Of a stretch of DNA of 64,000 bases, positions 27,526-41,989 are shown in pieces. The stretch lies in assembly GCA_964016885.1 (NCBI GenBank), contig OZ024742.1, forward strand, positions 361,770,001 to 361,834,000, given 5' to 3'. Every line of letters begins with the position of its first letter. Position 1 is the first letter of the stretch. This DNA is from Eledone cirrhosa. Taxonomy: Eukaryota. Under the pieces are notes generated by a model, which saw nothing but the letters and a program-made list of their open reading frames with translations, searched no databases and was not told the DNA's origin. The translations under genes were made by a program, and so were the position numbers.

Positions 27526-27768
27526 CCTACCTACTTATCTATATATATAAAGCTGTGGTTCTCTGTCTGTCTATCGATTTTTGGCACACATCTCCTCTTA
27601 GAATCTCTGACGGAATTGCACCGAAATTGCTATACTTGTACATTGAGCCCTAGCGAAGACATCGGAAAAAAATATTTCAAATTGACCCACCCTATGTGAC
27701 GAAATCGAATCTAATGTATCGATTTTTGAGCGTAAGTGACGAGTTATTTCCCTTTGTTCTGTTTACAT

Positions 27769-28020
27769 AGACAGTCGTGCAGAGAGGTGATATATGCGTG
27801 CACACAGACAGTCGTGCAGAGAGGTGATATACGCGTGCAGACAGACAGTCGTGCAGAGAGGTGATATAGGCGTGCAGACAGACAGTCGTGCAGAGAGGTG
27901 ATATAGGCGTGCAGACAGACAGTCATGCAGAGAGGTGATATAGGGGTGCAGACAGACAGTCGTGCAGAGAGGTGATATAGGCGTGCAGACAGACAGCCAT
28001 GCAGAGAGATGATATAGGCG
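27769..28020. repeat. 37-bp minisatellite x~7 in the Helitron 5' region
   Basis: agacagtcgtgcagagaggtgatataggcgtgcagac. Confidence 0.95.
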
Positions 28021-28423
28021 ATTATTTCCCTTTTATGGAATGAGCAGACGATTAGCGAATGTGCAGACGATTAAGTAAATCTTTAGTAGAGTGAATTGGA
28101 ATCTCAAGTAGAGTGAATTGGAATACTTTTCGCCAGTTTGTTTAATAGCTTCATTTGCACTGTACTGCCTTTGTATGCTACAACGCTTTAAAAGTTCGGC
28201 GAGTTCATTACTTCGTAAGTTATTGATATTTATTCTTTTATTACGACGGTTAGCAAACTTTCCCTATTAAACGCATGCATGTTCATGTAAAGATGACTTT
28301 GTAAATAGTGCATCTATGACATTTTCTAGAATTTTGAGTGCTTTCCTCATTAGATGAATTGATTCGCAAAATTGAATGATTTGCAAAATTTATTTGTTCG
28401 CATTGTTTTATATTTAAGATACA

Positions 28424-31400
28424 TTGGTCAGATTCCTTTGTCATATCGTGCCCACCACCCTGATGCCTAAAAAAAGGACACCCTTATTACGACTGACGCG
28501 GTCTCAGATAACGAAAAGAAGGAGGCTGACTGAGGCGTCGTCGAGCATTAGACAGCCTGAAATAGCGGGGTGTTCAGTGAATGCAACAGCTCTGTCTATC
28601 GATGAGCGTTGCTTGAGTCAACAGGACATAAATGCTGCTTCCATTGCACCTTCACAGGCAACTGAGAATGATGACGAATGTTTATTCCGACGCACCAGAA
28701 ATGCTTCTTCAACTGCATCCTTATGTGCTGCAGTGAAACACGTGGAACGTCAAACTCAGCTTGCAAGAAATGCAACGGCAAAAGCAGCTACGCGAGCTGC
28801 AGAGAATGATGTTCAACGTAAACTCCGTCAAAGCAGAGATGCGGCTGCTACTGCAAGTGTACGAGCTGCAGAGAATGCTATTGAACGTAGACTTCGTCAG
28901 AGCAGAGATGCGGCTGCTACTGCAGCTGCGCGAGAAGCGGAGACAGCAGGTAACCGAACTATTCGACTGGGGGGTGTTTTTCAGTATAAAGCCAATAAGC
29001 GGGGTATTTCGAGAGCTGCGAAATCACGGTGGTCATTGAAAGCTTTCAATTATGTCCCCGCTAATAATTATGCTACACACCTTCATATTCAAATTGGTGA
29101 CATGTCTGGAATTTGCCAGTTTTGCAAAGCTAAAAAGTGGCCGGGCGAACCAGCCGGAATGTGCTGCTCTAATGGTAAGGTCAACTTGCACCCTCCTAGA
29201 GATCCACCACAGCCATTGAGGCTTCTTCTTACAGGCATCCATTCACTCTCCAGAGCTTTCCTTCTAGATATTCGACATTATAATTGTGCCTTCCAAATGA
29301 CATCTTTTGGATCGAGTTATGAATATGAAGGTGGATTTATGCCCACTTTCAAAGTTCAAGGTCAGGTTTATCATCTTATCGGATCACTGGAGCCTGTAGA
29401 TAATAAAGAGCCCCGATTTCTCCAGGTCTACTTCATGTCCAACTGCCTTCAACAAGCTACAAGGCGAAATACATTTGCCTTCCCAAAAGAAAAAACGAAT
29501 AACTTAACTGACTGTCCACAAGCAACAAGGAAATATTCAATTGCCTATGACACTAGACAGGAGCTCCTTTTTGAACTTCAAGACATGCTTCATAGTCACA
29601 ACAGCTATATTCAGAGCTTTAAATATGCATTAGAAACAGCTCCTGTTGATAATTACTATGTTGTCATTGATGCTGACAAGCGGCCATCTGGAGAACATGC
29701 AGGCCGCTATAATTCACCTTCTTTGAATGAGGTTGTGATACTTCTCGCTGGTGATCAGCACAACAAACGTGACATTGTTATCAAGCATCGCGACCACGGA
29801 CTTCAACGGATCAGTGAAACACACAGATCATACGACGCACTCCAATACCCACTGCTTTTTGTATATGGAGAGGATGGATACCATTTTGGCATTCCACAAT
29901 GTAACTCCACCAATTCAGAGGTTCATTCTACCAAAACAGTTTCATGCAAGGACTTCTATGCATTTCGATTCATGATCCGAGATGACTGTTTTAATCACCT
30001 CCACCGCTCTCAAGACCTTTTCAACCAGTATGCAACTGACATGTGTGCAAAAATGGAATCAGAGAGATTGTGTTTTATCAAACTCAATCAAAAAATGTTG
30101 CGTTGTGACAGCTACATACACCTTCGGGATGGAATGAACAATGATGCGGATCCTGAGAGTCTTGGAAAAGTATGCATTCTGCCCTCTACCTTCACGGGAA
30201 GCCCTCGATATATGCATGAAAGGACTCAGGACGCCATGACAATTGTACGACATTACGGTAGGCCAGACTTATTCATAACTTTTACATGTAACCCCAATTG
30301 GAAGGAGATTGAGGTCGAACTCCTTCCTGGTCAGAACGCCACACGCCGACATGATCTCGCAGCTAGAGTATTCTGTCTTAAGTTACTTAAGCTTATGGAT
30401 CTTATGAAATTAGGTGAGGTTTTCGGACCAGTTCAATGTGACATGTACACAATCGAATGGCAAAAAAGGGGCCTCCCCCATGCTCATATTCTTATTTGGC
30501 TGACAAAAAAGGTTAGTTCTAACGACATTGACAGGATCATCTCTGCAGAATTACCATATCCTTCCACTGACAAGGACTTGTACATGAAAGTTAGGGCACA
30601 TATGGTGCATGGTCCATGTGGGCCTGGCTTTAGAACCGACTTACCATGCGTTACAGGCAATAAAAGATGCACTAAAAAATTTCCCCGTCAATTTATTCGC
30701 GATACTCAGACTGGCAATGATGGCTACCCATTATATAGACGTAGGCGACCTGAAGATGGAGGTTTTACGGCTAGGGTTAAGAATGGTGAGGTTGACAACA
30801 GATGGATCATTCCCTATTATCCACTCCTGCTCAGTACTTTCAACGCACACATTAATGTTGAATTCTGTAGCTCCGTCAAGTGCATCAAATACATATGTAA
30901 GTATGTTAATAAAGGTTCTGACGCTGCTTCGTTCGGTATACTCAACGAAAACAATAGAGACGAAGTAACACAATTCCAAGTAGGTCGATACATAAGTAGT
31001 AGCGAGGCCTTTTGGCGAATCTTTGGTTTTCTAATACATGATAGGCACCCTTCAATTGTTAAATTAGATGTACACCTAGAACACGGTCAACGGGTGTATT
31101 ATACCAATGAAAATGCCGCTGAATTAGCACAGACCCCAAGGGAGACAACTTTAACTGGATTCTTCAAACTGTGCAAATACGATGAGTTCGCAAAATCATT
31201 GCTGTATCCTCAGGTGCCATCATACTACACATGGAACAAAAAAAACATGGTGTCGCAGAAAGACTGGCCAACCAGTTATTGGAGTTCCTGGAATCAAATT
31301 CACTAATTGCTTGGGGCGAGTGTATACGATTCCTCCAAATCAACACAGGTGCTTCTGTCTTCGAATGCTACTGCATGAGGTCAAAGGACCGACCAGTTTT

Positions 31401-33236
31401 CAGGACCTCAGAACTTTCAGTAATCGTGTTTGGTCTACATACAGAGATGCCTGTTTGGCTCGTGGAATGCTTGAAGATGACTCACGATGGGATGCAACCT
31501 TGGTGGAGATCGCTTCATCACACTCAGCTGGAAGCCTACGAGAGGTCTTTGCAAAGCTTCTTCACTTATGTAACATTTGTGATCCCTACACATTATGGTT
31601 GAAGTTTCGGAACCAACTGTCTGAGGACTTCCTTCACCAGGCTCAACTACTACTTCCTGACATAGAAATAGATTTCAGCGATGATTTATACAATAAAGGG
31701 CTTATAGATATAGAGGACAGGATTTTCCTTATGGGTGGGAATGCCTTGCCAGCATACGGTCTTCCACAATCCCACCGCACTGATTCTAATAAAATTCCAA
31801 TTCTCATCATCCAAGAAACATCTTATGATGTCGATGCTCTAGCTAGATATGTGTTTGAAATGGAATCAAAACTACTTCCTGATCAACAATTAGCATACAA
31901 CACTATCACTGATTATGTATTTCATCGATCGGGTGGTATCTTCTTTCTTGATGCCCCTGGAGGCACTGGAAAAACCTTTGTGACTAAACTTATTCTTGCC
32001 AAAGTTAGACAGAATGAAGTTATCGCAATAGCTGTTGCATCATCTGGTATTGCTGCAACACTACTTCCTGGCGGCAGGACAGCACATTCTACCTTTAAGC
32101 TTCCGCTTAACTTGGTATCAGCTGAAACACCGCTCTGTGACATCACCAAGGATAGTCCCAGAGCAGAACTGCTACGGCGGTGCCAACTGATTGTGTGGGA
32201 TGAATGTACCATGGCTCACAAAGGAGCTATTGAGGCCTTAGATAGAACGCTAAAAGACATTAGAGACTGTCAGGAGACCATGGGGGGTGTAACTCTTTTG
32301 CTTTCAGGGGACTTTCGACAAACTTTGCCGGTTATTCCAAAGGACACCAGAGCGGATCAAGTTCGGGCTTGCCTGAAGTCTTCTCCATTGTGGCAACAGG
32401 TAACAACACTTCGTCTGACCACTAACATGCGTATTCAACTGCATGGCGATACTGTGTCTGAAAAATTTGCTGAAGACCTTCTCATTCTTGGCGACGGCAA
32501 AGTACCTTCAGATGTGCATAGAGACATTGCACTCGACAATATATGCTGTCTGGTTAACACTGTCGAAGATCTCAAGGCAGCCGTTTTTCCCAGCTTGGTA
32601 GATAATTACCGCAATCATGCATGGCTGTGTGAGAGGGCTATATTAGCTCCTACAAATGTCACTGTCTCCGCCATTAATCGCCAAATGCTTGAAAGTCTTC
32701 CTGGAAATGATATGACTTTTAAGTCTATTGATACCAATGTTGATCCACATGGTGCGGTCAGTTATCCCATTGAATTCCTCAATTCATTGGACATTCCTGG
32801 TCTACCTCAACATATTTTGTCTCTCAAGGAAGGATGTCCAGTTATACTTCTCAGGAATATAACTCCTCCCAAGCTTTGCAATGGTACACGCCTTGTTGTC
32901 AATAGGATGTCACAGCACATTATTTATGCTACGATTATGTCAGGGTGTGGAAAAGGAGAAGATGTTTTAATACCTATGGTAACTCTTACTACATCAGGAG
33001 TGGATGCACCCTATTCTTTTAAAAGAACTCAATTTCCCCTTCGTGCTGCCTTTGCTATGTCCATCAACAAGTCCCAGGGTTAGACTTTATCTGTTGCAGG
33101 ACTTCACCTGGAGGAACCATGTTTCTCACATGGACAATTCTACGTTGGATGTTCTCGAGTTGGCAGCCGGAATAACCTTTTTGCCTTTGCTCCAAATGGA
33201 AAAACAAAGAATACTGTATACCGTGAGGTTTTATAG
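28424..33236 (+). pseudogene. Helitron Rep/PIF1 helicase with one frameshift near 31240 and one premature TAG at 33081
   Basis: DLFITFTCNPNW, EWQKRGLPHAHIL (HUH), KYICKYVNKG, DAPGGTGKT, IVWDE, GDFRQTLPV, FAMSINKSQG*TL; frame continues to 33236. Confidence 0.95.
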
Positions 33237-35787
33237 AGTTTTTATGTTCAAAAAGGCAATGTTACACCAACTGCCTTAAATATATAGCATCTACGAAACC
33301 TGAAAAAAGGAGACTTATTCAACATTGACGCAGTGCATTCTATTGACACCTAGACATACCTTTCAGTGCATTTGCAGAGTAAATTACAGTTACCAATGCA
33401 ACAGTGAATCACTTCTCATTTGAATTTTCTACCATTATACAAATATATGTCAAACAACAGAACTATATACAAACTTATTCGCACTTCGTATTTGCACACA
33501 CCGCCATCATATGCACCCACACATACGCCCACACACAGTTAAAAGAACGACATACATGCGTGCTCATGCATTAACACACACGCGACATCAGCAACTTCGA
33601 AACTGACGACATGACGCCAACTTCTTAACAAGCACAACGCCTCTGACACCATAGGACACATCACGAGACCTATAGGCCCGGCATTGCTTGCAAGTCAAAG
33701 TGGACTCTGGAATTGATGCTTTCGATTGTTAAGGACACCCCTCCAGTCGCTGACAAGTCCGGCGTTTAATACATAGACACACACAACTTGCCGCATACAT
33801 ACACAGATTGTTTCCGTCATTTCTTTCATTGTTTCAATATGCATTCCGACATGGACAACAAGCGACAACAGCATTTCTGGTGCGTCAAAGTAAACTTTCG
33901 TCATCATTCTCAGTTGCACCTGAAGATGCAATGGAAGCAGCATTTCTGTTTTGTTGATTTTAGTGATTCTTTTTGGTGAATATGGCTTTTGCTGCAGCTA
34001 TCCATTTCGCATGCTGTGGCTGTCTATAATCTGCCCGTCAAACTCACCATGGGTATGTTATGAGCTCTTCATACTTTATACTTAAACATCTGAGCTTACA
34101 TTGTCAATATTTTTATCACAAGTGCAAACCTCTTTGATGCTGCCTGCCCCTCGACTTCAGATAACGCATTTTTTTTTTTGTTCTTTTGTCCATCCAATTT
34201 CTTTGTTTCAAAATAACTGATAATTTGGTTACGCTAATGTTTTTCTCTGCGTTGCAGTGTTTACATTTTCGATCTTTGTTAATAAATAACCAGTGCAGTT
34301 TTTATCCCCAGCATCCTCTTTTGTTATAACATTCGGGTTATCGTTATGTTTTCTTAACTTCATAAGGCATATTGTTGGTTGAGGGAATATTAATCAAAAA
34401 CACCACATGCAAGTCTGCACAGTAGACACTACAGTTTTTAAGCCAAAAAAGAAACTTAACATTGTAACTTTAACACAGCTACTGAGCGACCCCGAGCTTT
34501 ACTGCTAGTCTATCGATAAAAAAACTTCCAATATTAGATATTTCTAAGAGCGTCGCTTAATATGGAATCAGTTTAATATTCCAGTCTGTCGCTGTAAAAG
34601 AATTCTATCCTCTACACACGAATTAAATTATAAAAACCTTAATGTTTCCAGTACATACACGACTACTGAATTCATGTTTTTGAAATATGTATTAGAGGTA
34701 TATTGTGTTTGCACATAAAATAACTTACCTAGGACTACGCAAAACAAAAAGCCGTGTAATTGAATGACATCTAAAACGACTCTATTCACTGAATTATTTA
34801 GTTTATAGTGATGTGTATAGGTTAGTGTGTGTGTTGAATCTTCATCGGTTTACAAGCAGCTGAGCCTTCTATAGATACGTGTACCTTTAAAATAGTTCTT
34901 AAAGAAATTCAATGTGACGCCGCGTGTGACAACTTTGACCCTTTGAATTACAGCTAAATGGACTGGAGCAAAGAGAATTAAGGCATCTTGTTCAAGGACA
35001 CAACGCATTGAAAGAAATCTAACCGACGTCCTTGTGACCGTGTGCCGAACATCCTAACTACTAAGCCACACACATACATTCATAGATGTTTACAACGTAT
35101 ATACATCACTGCTGAATTCATGTTTTTGAAAGAGGTATTAGAGGCATTTTCTGTTTTCAATTAATTTCCTAGTGGGATAACTCATCTGCGACTGCGCAAA
35201 ACAAACAAAGCAATGTAATTAAATGACCTCTAAACGTTTCTATTCACTGTATTATATAGTTAGTGATGTGTATAGAGGCGTTACTGACCTGTTTAACATT
35301 GAGACAGCCATCGTCTTCACATTCCTTCTTCTTGGCATAGTCTCTCTTTCTTCTTTTAGTCTCCTCTCATTCGCATAGTCTCTTTTAATGCATAAGAACT
35401 TACTTTTATTTTGTAGCAGAAAATTCAATTTAATCTATCATTGAAGAAGGCAATGGAGTTTATGTGGAGTTGTTTTAGAGGCGTTTTCATTGGTTCGCTA
35501 AAAAGATAGCATAAAGTGATAATTACATCTAAACAATGTTATTTAATTAATAATGTAGTCACTGTCAAAACCACCGACAAAACCCTTCTGATAATCCCCC
35601 TCGGGTCAACTGAATTGAACGACTAATAGACAATTCTACTCTTAATAAAAAAAACAACTAAATAAGTAAATAAATAAATAAGGTGAAGAAGAAGGAGAGG
35701 AGAAAAAGAAGGAGAGAGCAGAAGAAGGCGCGGAAAAGAAGAAGCAAAAAGAGAGATAGAATAAAAAGAAAATATATGAATACGAAG

Positions 35788-35840
<53 letters not shown>

Positions 35841-36029
35841 CAAGTAAAAGAAGATAATTCAGTGAGAATAGAGCAACAAATCCAATTATAGTCTAAAGAA
35901 ACTTCCCTGAAAAATACACCTTCGTTCGTTCAATTTAAAAGTTACTTGTTTCAGTTTTGAATTTTTTCTGTGATAGAAGAGAAGTCATTGATATTAAAGC
36001 GAATACTACTGGATCAACACGCACGCACG

Positions 36030-36189
<160 letters not shown>

Positions 36190-36402
36190 AGACTTCTACA
36201 GGACTAGAACTGTTTTATACGTATGAAATCATATGAATTTTGCTGATGATTTCATTCGAATGAAACAGTTTAATTCCCGTAGAAATCATTAGTATCTGAA
36301 GTAAATTAGGTACTTTCTCTTCTTAATGTATTGAGTACCTTATTCAACTGTTGAATGTTTTCGTTTCTCCACGGAAAACTATACTCTCTCTCTCTCTCCC
36401 AC

Positions 36403-36434
<32 letters not shown>

Positions 36435-36759
36435 GAGAGAGAGAATATATATATATATAGAGAGAGAGAATATATATATATATATATCCAAAATTAAATT
36501 AAGGGAGTCATGTCCGAGACATGCGCCATATCCGCCGTAGGTTAATGGTGAAATATATTTCTTTAACGAAATATATACAAGGAAGATTAATCATTTTTAT
36601 AATATTTGAAGTTCTAGTTAAACTTTAATTAGTTACCTACCTAGCTGTGTGTGCTTACACACTTTACAAATTATCCCCTGTGATGTTTCATGTGTTTATT
36701 TTAGATATATATATATATATATATATATATGCCAATCAATTTCTAGTTGATATATAGTG

Positions 36760-37240
36760 TTGTGATGCTGGACTTCACACAGTCTTTGAACCTCTTGAGA
36801 GGCCTGCCCTGCTTTCGTTTCCTCGAACAGAGTTCCCCATACATCAGTTGCTTCGGAAGCCTGTGATCGTCCATCCAGATGACATGTTCCACCCATCGAA
36901 GTCGGCTCTTCAGTATCATAGTTTCGGCATGTGGAACCGTTCCAGCTGCTTCAGGTGCCTTCTGTACAGGGCCCATGTCTCACATCAGTAGAGGAGGCTG
37001 GTGAGAACAACGGCCCTGTACACCTTGAGCTTGGTGGACTGCCTGATGTTGTGCTGGTTCAGGACGCGTGTCATCAGGCGGCCGAGGGCTTGACTGGCCT
37101 TGCAGATCCTGGCGTTTATCTCCTTGTCGAGGCTTCCATCGCTGCTGATGACACTGCCGAGGTACTTGAAGTCGTCCACCGTCTTTAGCTGGGTGCCTCC
37201 GATGGAGATGGAAGGAGGGTGGGCGACGGAGGCATATAGA
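36760..37240 (-). mobile_element. RTE/BovB-like LINE RT C-terminal fragment
   Basis: FKYLGSVISSDGSLDKEINARICKAS, KLKVYRAVVLTSLLY, RLRWVEHV..RLPKQLMYGEL..GRPLKRFKD. Confidence 0.9.
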
Positions 37241-37269
37241 AGCCATGCCTGTGTATTCCCTTCATTCTC

Positions 37270-37605
37270 GCATGCTCTGATGAATTGACTGGTTATAACA
37301 AAGTATTGGTGATCGATTGACACAAAAACAGGCGGGTAGCGATCTCTAGACCTACCAGTTCAGAGAAACAATCGTCAGCAATGTGAATAAAGCCCTTATT
37401 GTATAGCAAACCATGTCACTCTTCCTTCTTGATTTATTTTACTCCAAGTGTAAACTACATAGAAATCATCGCGTACTCGCAGCATCACTATGGAAACGTC
37501 TTGTTGAGTCAAACTTAGCCAAACGTTAATACTATCCACTACTCGGAGTACCATAACTGGACTACATCTAAGTGGACTACCTATAACAATAATTTGTTAT
37601 CCCGT
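37270..37605 (+). mobile_element. Solo pLTR-like fragment, family of 46831-47325
   Basis: High identity to 46831-47164 (-); ends in (TA)n. Confidence 0.8.
37273..37380 (+). ncRNA. Type I HHR with extended (~80 nt) stem II
   Basis: tgct-CTGATGA-attgactggt...accagttcaga-GAAA-C-aatc-GTC-agca. Confidence 0.75.
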
Positions 37606-37678
37606 CTATATATATATAAATATATATATATAAATGAAAAGTATAGAAATTGTTGTAGCGAGAAGCTAACAGTATTCC

Positions 37679-37751
<73 letters not shown>

Positions 37752-37758
<7 letters not shown>

Positions 37759-38085
37759 TAGAATTGGAGCTCTGAAATAGCAATATATATATGGATGTAA
37801 TCCATATATATATGGATGTAATCCGCTCTGCATAATCAGCTCCTGATTATTTACTAGAATTCTATAAGAATATAACATCAGTGATCTCGGTAGACAGGTG
37901 GGACTAGTTAGCCTTGATAAGCTTCAACAAAAGCGAAACAAGGCCTTGTCGGCTTATCTCCCCTGTTTGCTGAGATCAAAGTAAGTGAATTTGTCACTAC
38001 TCTAAAAAAAAATAGCTTACGGTCTTCAAAATGCTTTTAATTAAGCATAAAGTGTATTGCAAAATACATTATATATACATCCATA
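37752..38085 (+). mobile_element. Retrozyme-like monomer in (TA)n
   Basis: Homologous to 14188-14590 and 56050-56640. Confidence 0.75.
37910..37954 (+). ncRNA. Type I HHR, U3:A8 core
   Basis: agcc-TTGATAA-gctt/caacaa/aagc-GAAA-C-aaggcctt-GTC-ggct. Confidence 0.88.
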
Positions 38086-38096
38086 TATATATATAT

Positions 38097-38557
38097 AGTG
38101 ACGAAACATAAGTCAATTGCATGAACTCATAATCCTTTATTTACTGCTATATATATTTCGATGATAGCCATTGAATGGCTATGACCTCATCAGGCAGTTA
38201 GTCAGTTCTTAGAAATGCCAGCTCTGTGTGTATAGTGTTGATGGTATCAGAGCCTTGGGACATATGAGCTTGTTAGGAATATTTTGATGTTGACAGCAGG
38301 AATAGTCTTGATTCTCATTGGTCAGTTTGTAGATGGTAGTAGGTTGGAAATTGACTTCAAAGAGGCAGGTGGTTCTGTAAGGTTCAAACCGTCAGGCAAG
38401 ATGACAATAGTTCCACATGACTGATTTTCACAAAAGGCATTCTTGGTCAGATATATTTTCAAATAAGGTTAATAGTATGAAATAGATACTACAGGTCATT
38501 TTTAAATTGAGGAATTTATGTGGAGTGGTGCTACTGAAAATTATGGTTGGAATAGAA

Positions 38558-38562
<5 letters not shown>
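38097..38562 (-). mobile_element. Solo pLTR, near-identical to 15055-15420
   Basis: Sequence match; (TA)n on both sides. Confidence 0.85.
38143..38198 (-). ncRNA. Type I HHR, canonical core
   Basis: Same fold as 15099-15154; only the stem II loop differs. Confidence 0.85.
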
Positions 38563-38643
<81 letters not shown>

Positions 38644-38830
38644 GATAAATCTACCAAAAGTTTACGGTTGTGTCCAATCCGTATGAAGAACTCAATGTAA
38701 TCCGGATATCATGAAAAGAGAAGATGCATTCAAAAACTATTTTCGGTGAAAAATAAACGGAAAACAGAGTCAAGATAAATTAATAAAATAATGAATAAAC
38801 AAAGAAACAGTTCCTTATATTAAAAAAATT

Positions 38831-38970
38831 CATCATTTTACGATCGTTTCTAGGATATATATGTGTTAGAGTTGGCATGCATATTCTATAGATCTATGTA
38901 CAATATTTATACAAACTATCAGAGGAAATATACATACCTACACATATATATGCTGTCTTCAGAAATAATG
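38831..38970 (-). ncRNA. Type I HHR with ~105-nt stem II
   Basis: Reverse complement of 41414-41553. Confidence 0.72.
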
Positions 38971-39618
38971 ATATTTGTTTATTGAAAAAAAACAAAGATT
39001 CAATACAATAGGTCTGATTGGGAACAGGTTTTGAATTGACCAATAGAGAGATAGTGAGGGTCAAGATAGTAATATAGTAGTAGAAGAACCTTAAATTATG
39101 GGTAGAGGAAGGTAGATTTCAGTTTTGGATGGAAAAGAATATTATGAATGAAGGATTATTTTAGGGGAGAAAATAGGTCATATGCTGACCTCAGAAATAA
39201 TTATATTTGTTCATTGAATAAAACCAACAAAGATCTAATATATTCTGTCTGTTTGGTAAGAGGTTTAGAATTAACCAATAGAAAGTTAATAATTGGCCAA
39301 ATGGTAAAATAGTAGTAATTGAAGCTTATTTTAGGGGTGAAAATAGGTCAGGTGGTCAGTAAAAGGTATACAAGCAGTTGCTGTTATAAAATAGTAATGC
39401 CAATGTAAATATCTAAGGAGACTAAAGTTTTACAAGAGTGTTAGTGAAAAAAATACATCTATGAAAAGAATATAAATTAATTTAATTGATGGGTATATTT
39501 ATATTGATAAAATTATACTAATACATATAGATATGATAAATAAGAGTTAGATGCAGTTGAAAAGTGCTGTTAAAGATGAGGGGAAATTAAAAGAATATAA
39601 AAATAATATATATATATA

Positions 39619-39652
<34 letters not shown>

Positions 39653-41413
39653 TACACATACACACACACACATACACACATATATATATATATACACACA
39701 CATATATATATATATATATACATGCAAATATACATACATACACATATATATATATACACACACATGCACATTTACATATACATATAATTATTGGATGGGG
39801 GGGGGGGGAATTAAATTTATTAGTGAGAAATAATAAATATATATAGATTTCAAGGAACATAGAGTCATAACCTGAAGTTAAAGCATTATATATGTTTACT
39901 TAATGGTATCAGTTTTAGGAAATGATAGTTGTAAGAAGGAAAGCAAAATTATGTAGTTCATCAGTAGTAGAATATTAATTATAGGTTAACTAAATTAAAA
40001 ACAGTTTATATATTAATTTCTAAAGTGTATATTAATTAGGTTTATATTATTTAAAGGTTTTTCTCAGTTTATGATTACACGATATTATTAATTCCTGTCG
40101 CTTATTTAATAGGATATCCTTAGATTTCATTATTTCAAAAAGTTCTTGGGAACATAATCTACATTCATATCTACTATTTTGATAAGGGGTGGCCCTTTTG
40201 AGCACACTCCAGGTCAGGTCATAATCTATATTCCTCTTTCTATAACTATTAATTATTTCAGCTAGAGATGTTGTATTAGCTAGTGCGGCATTTTTAAAAC
40301 TATGTTTGTGGGTATTAAATCTTACCTTAAATTTGTTAGAGGTAACTCCTATATATGAATAAATTGAGTCCTTAGTGTTAACTTTACATTTATATACTAT
40401 GTTATTAACAAGGCAATTTCCTTTTAATGGACAGTTTGCCTTGTTTCTACAGTTACAACTTTTCGTGAATCCTGTATCTGAGGAGATATTATGGTTAGTT
40501 TGATGTACTGGTGGTATATTCATGGTTTTTTTTACATTTATATGCATTATAGGCACTTATATTTTGTTTTATGTTTTTGGTTGTTGAGTAGGAGAATTTA
40601 ACCGTTGATCTATTTAAGATTTGATGGTATTTGTGGTTTGGCGGGAAGTTTTTCTCTAGGATATTAAAGAATTTTTTAGGTATATTATCCTTAATTTGTA
40701 AATTAAATGGAGCATTATACCAAGTGACTCGTCTATTACGGTTTCGATGTTGTTTATTGTTTTTATAGGATGCATCCTGATGTTTATTAAGAGAATTATT
40801 GTTAATGACCTCACCACACACATTTTTAGTTAGATTTATTGATTTAGATGTTTTAGCTTGTTTATTAGGAGTTTTATTATTAACATTTATTAGAGTTGTA
40901 GGATGAGTAGTTTTCTGAGAGTTACTATACTGTATATTAGAAGAGTTAGAGAAATTTGGTTTTATGTTGGTGTCTTGGGGTATAGTGTGAGTGGCATTTA
41001 GGTGTGTATGTTTCATTTGGTGTTTGTTGGTAATATTAGGTTGTATGTTTGTAGTGTTATTGGTAGAAGGTATATATACTAATCTATTTTTGTGGCCACT
41101 TTTAGCTAGAGCTTCATTATAAAGGTCGCATTTTTATCAAATACATCTTGGTTAGACGAAAGGTTAAAAATTCTAAGTGATATGTTATATGCAAGGTTTT
41201 TAAGGATAGATTTAGGGTGATTAGATTGTGAGTGTATGTAGTGTAAATTTTTCCATCCAAAACTGAAATCTACCTTCATCTACCCATAATTTAAGGTTCT
41301 TCTACTACTATATTACTATCTTGACCCTCACTATCTCTCTATTGGTCAATTCAAAACCTGTTCCCAAACAGACCTATTGTATTGAATCTTTGTTTTTTTC
41401 AATAAACAAATAT

Positions 41414-41553
41414 CATTATTTCTGAAGACAGCATATATATGTGTAGGTATGTATATTTCCTCTGATAGTTTGTATAAATATTGTACATAGATCTATAGAA
41501 TATGCATACCAACTCTAACACATATATATCCTAGAAACGATCGTAAAATGATG
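41414..41553 (+). ncRNA. Type I HHR with ~105-nt stem II
   Basis: cattattt-CTGAAGA-..atatatatgtgt...acacatatatat..-GAAA-C-gatc-GTA-aaatgatg. Confidence 0.72.
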
Positions 41554-41604
41554 AATTTTTTTTAATATAAGGAACTGTTTCTTTGTTTATTCATTATTTT
41601 ATTA

Positions 41605-41657
<53 letters not shown>

Positions 41658-41909
41658 TGAAAGGTATAGAAAATATTGTAGCAAAAAGCCAACAGTATTC
41701 CATAATATATAAGTGACTATAGCGTCAAGATGGGAAAAATAGTTAACGTAAGATGTAGGAAAAATAATTCAAACTCAACTCAAAAATAATCAGGATATAG
41801 ATTCATCCAACAGAATTTTGTGAAATCCAGGGAAAAATCAATGGAGCCTTAACTCATGATAAAATAAAGTTTAAAATACTCATCCTTCAATTTGGAAAAA
41901 ACTTCAAAT

Positions 41910-41989
41910 GCTCTGTATAGTCTTGAAGACTATTTCACGAAAACTTTCAGTGGAGATGGTCATGGTTGGAATTCGATCCTCAGCAGAGC
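41910..41989 (-). ncRNA. Type I HHR in a solo pLTR-like fragment (about 41650-42135)
   Basis: Minus strand: gctctg-CTGAGGA-tcgaa...ttcgt-GAAA-tagtc/ttcaa/gact-ATA-cagagc. Confidence 0.78.

Larger units (their letters stand above)
27538..34508 (+). mobile_element. Helitron, near full-length with disrupted RepHel
   Basis: 5' A|TCtatatatataaag; 3' degenerate hairpin then CTAG|T at 34505-34508; Rep and PIF1 ORFs inside. Confidence 0.8.
38641..41610 (-). mobile_element. 5'-truncated PLE with inverted pLTR
   Basis: ORFs 40495-41016 (VTWYNAPF) and 40047-40556 (CNCRNKANCPL, YIGVTSNKFKVRFNTH); 41250-41610 is inverted relative to 38775-39135. Confidence 0.88.

Noticed and set aside
27769-28020. 37-bp repeats as a CRISPR array
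   Set aside because: Contiguous units with no spacers, inside a eukaryotic Helitron
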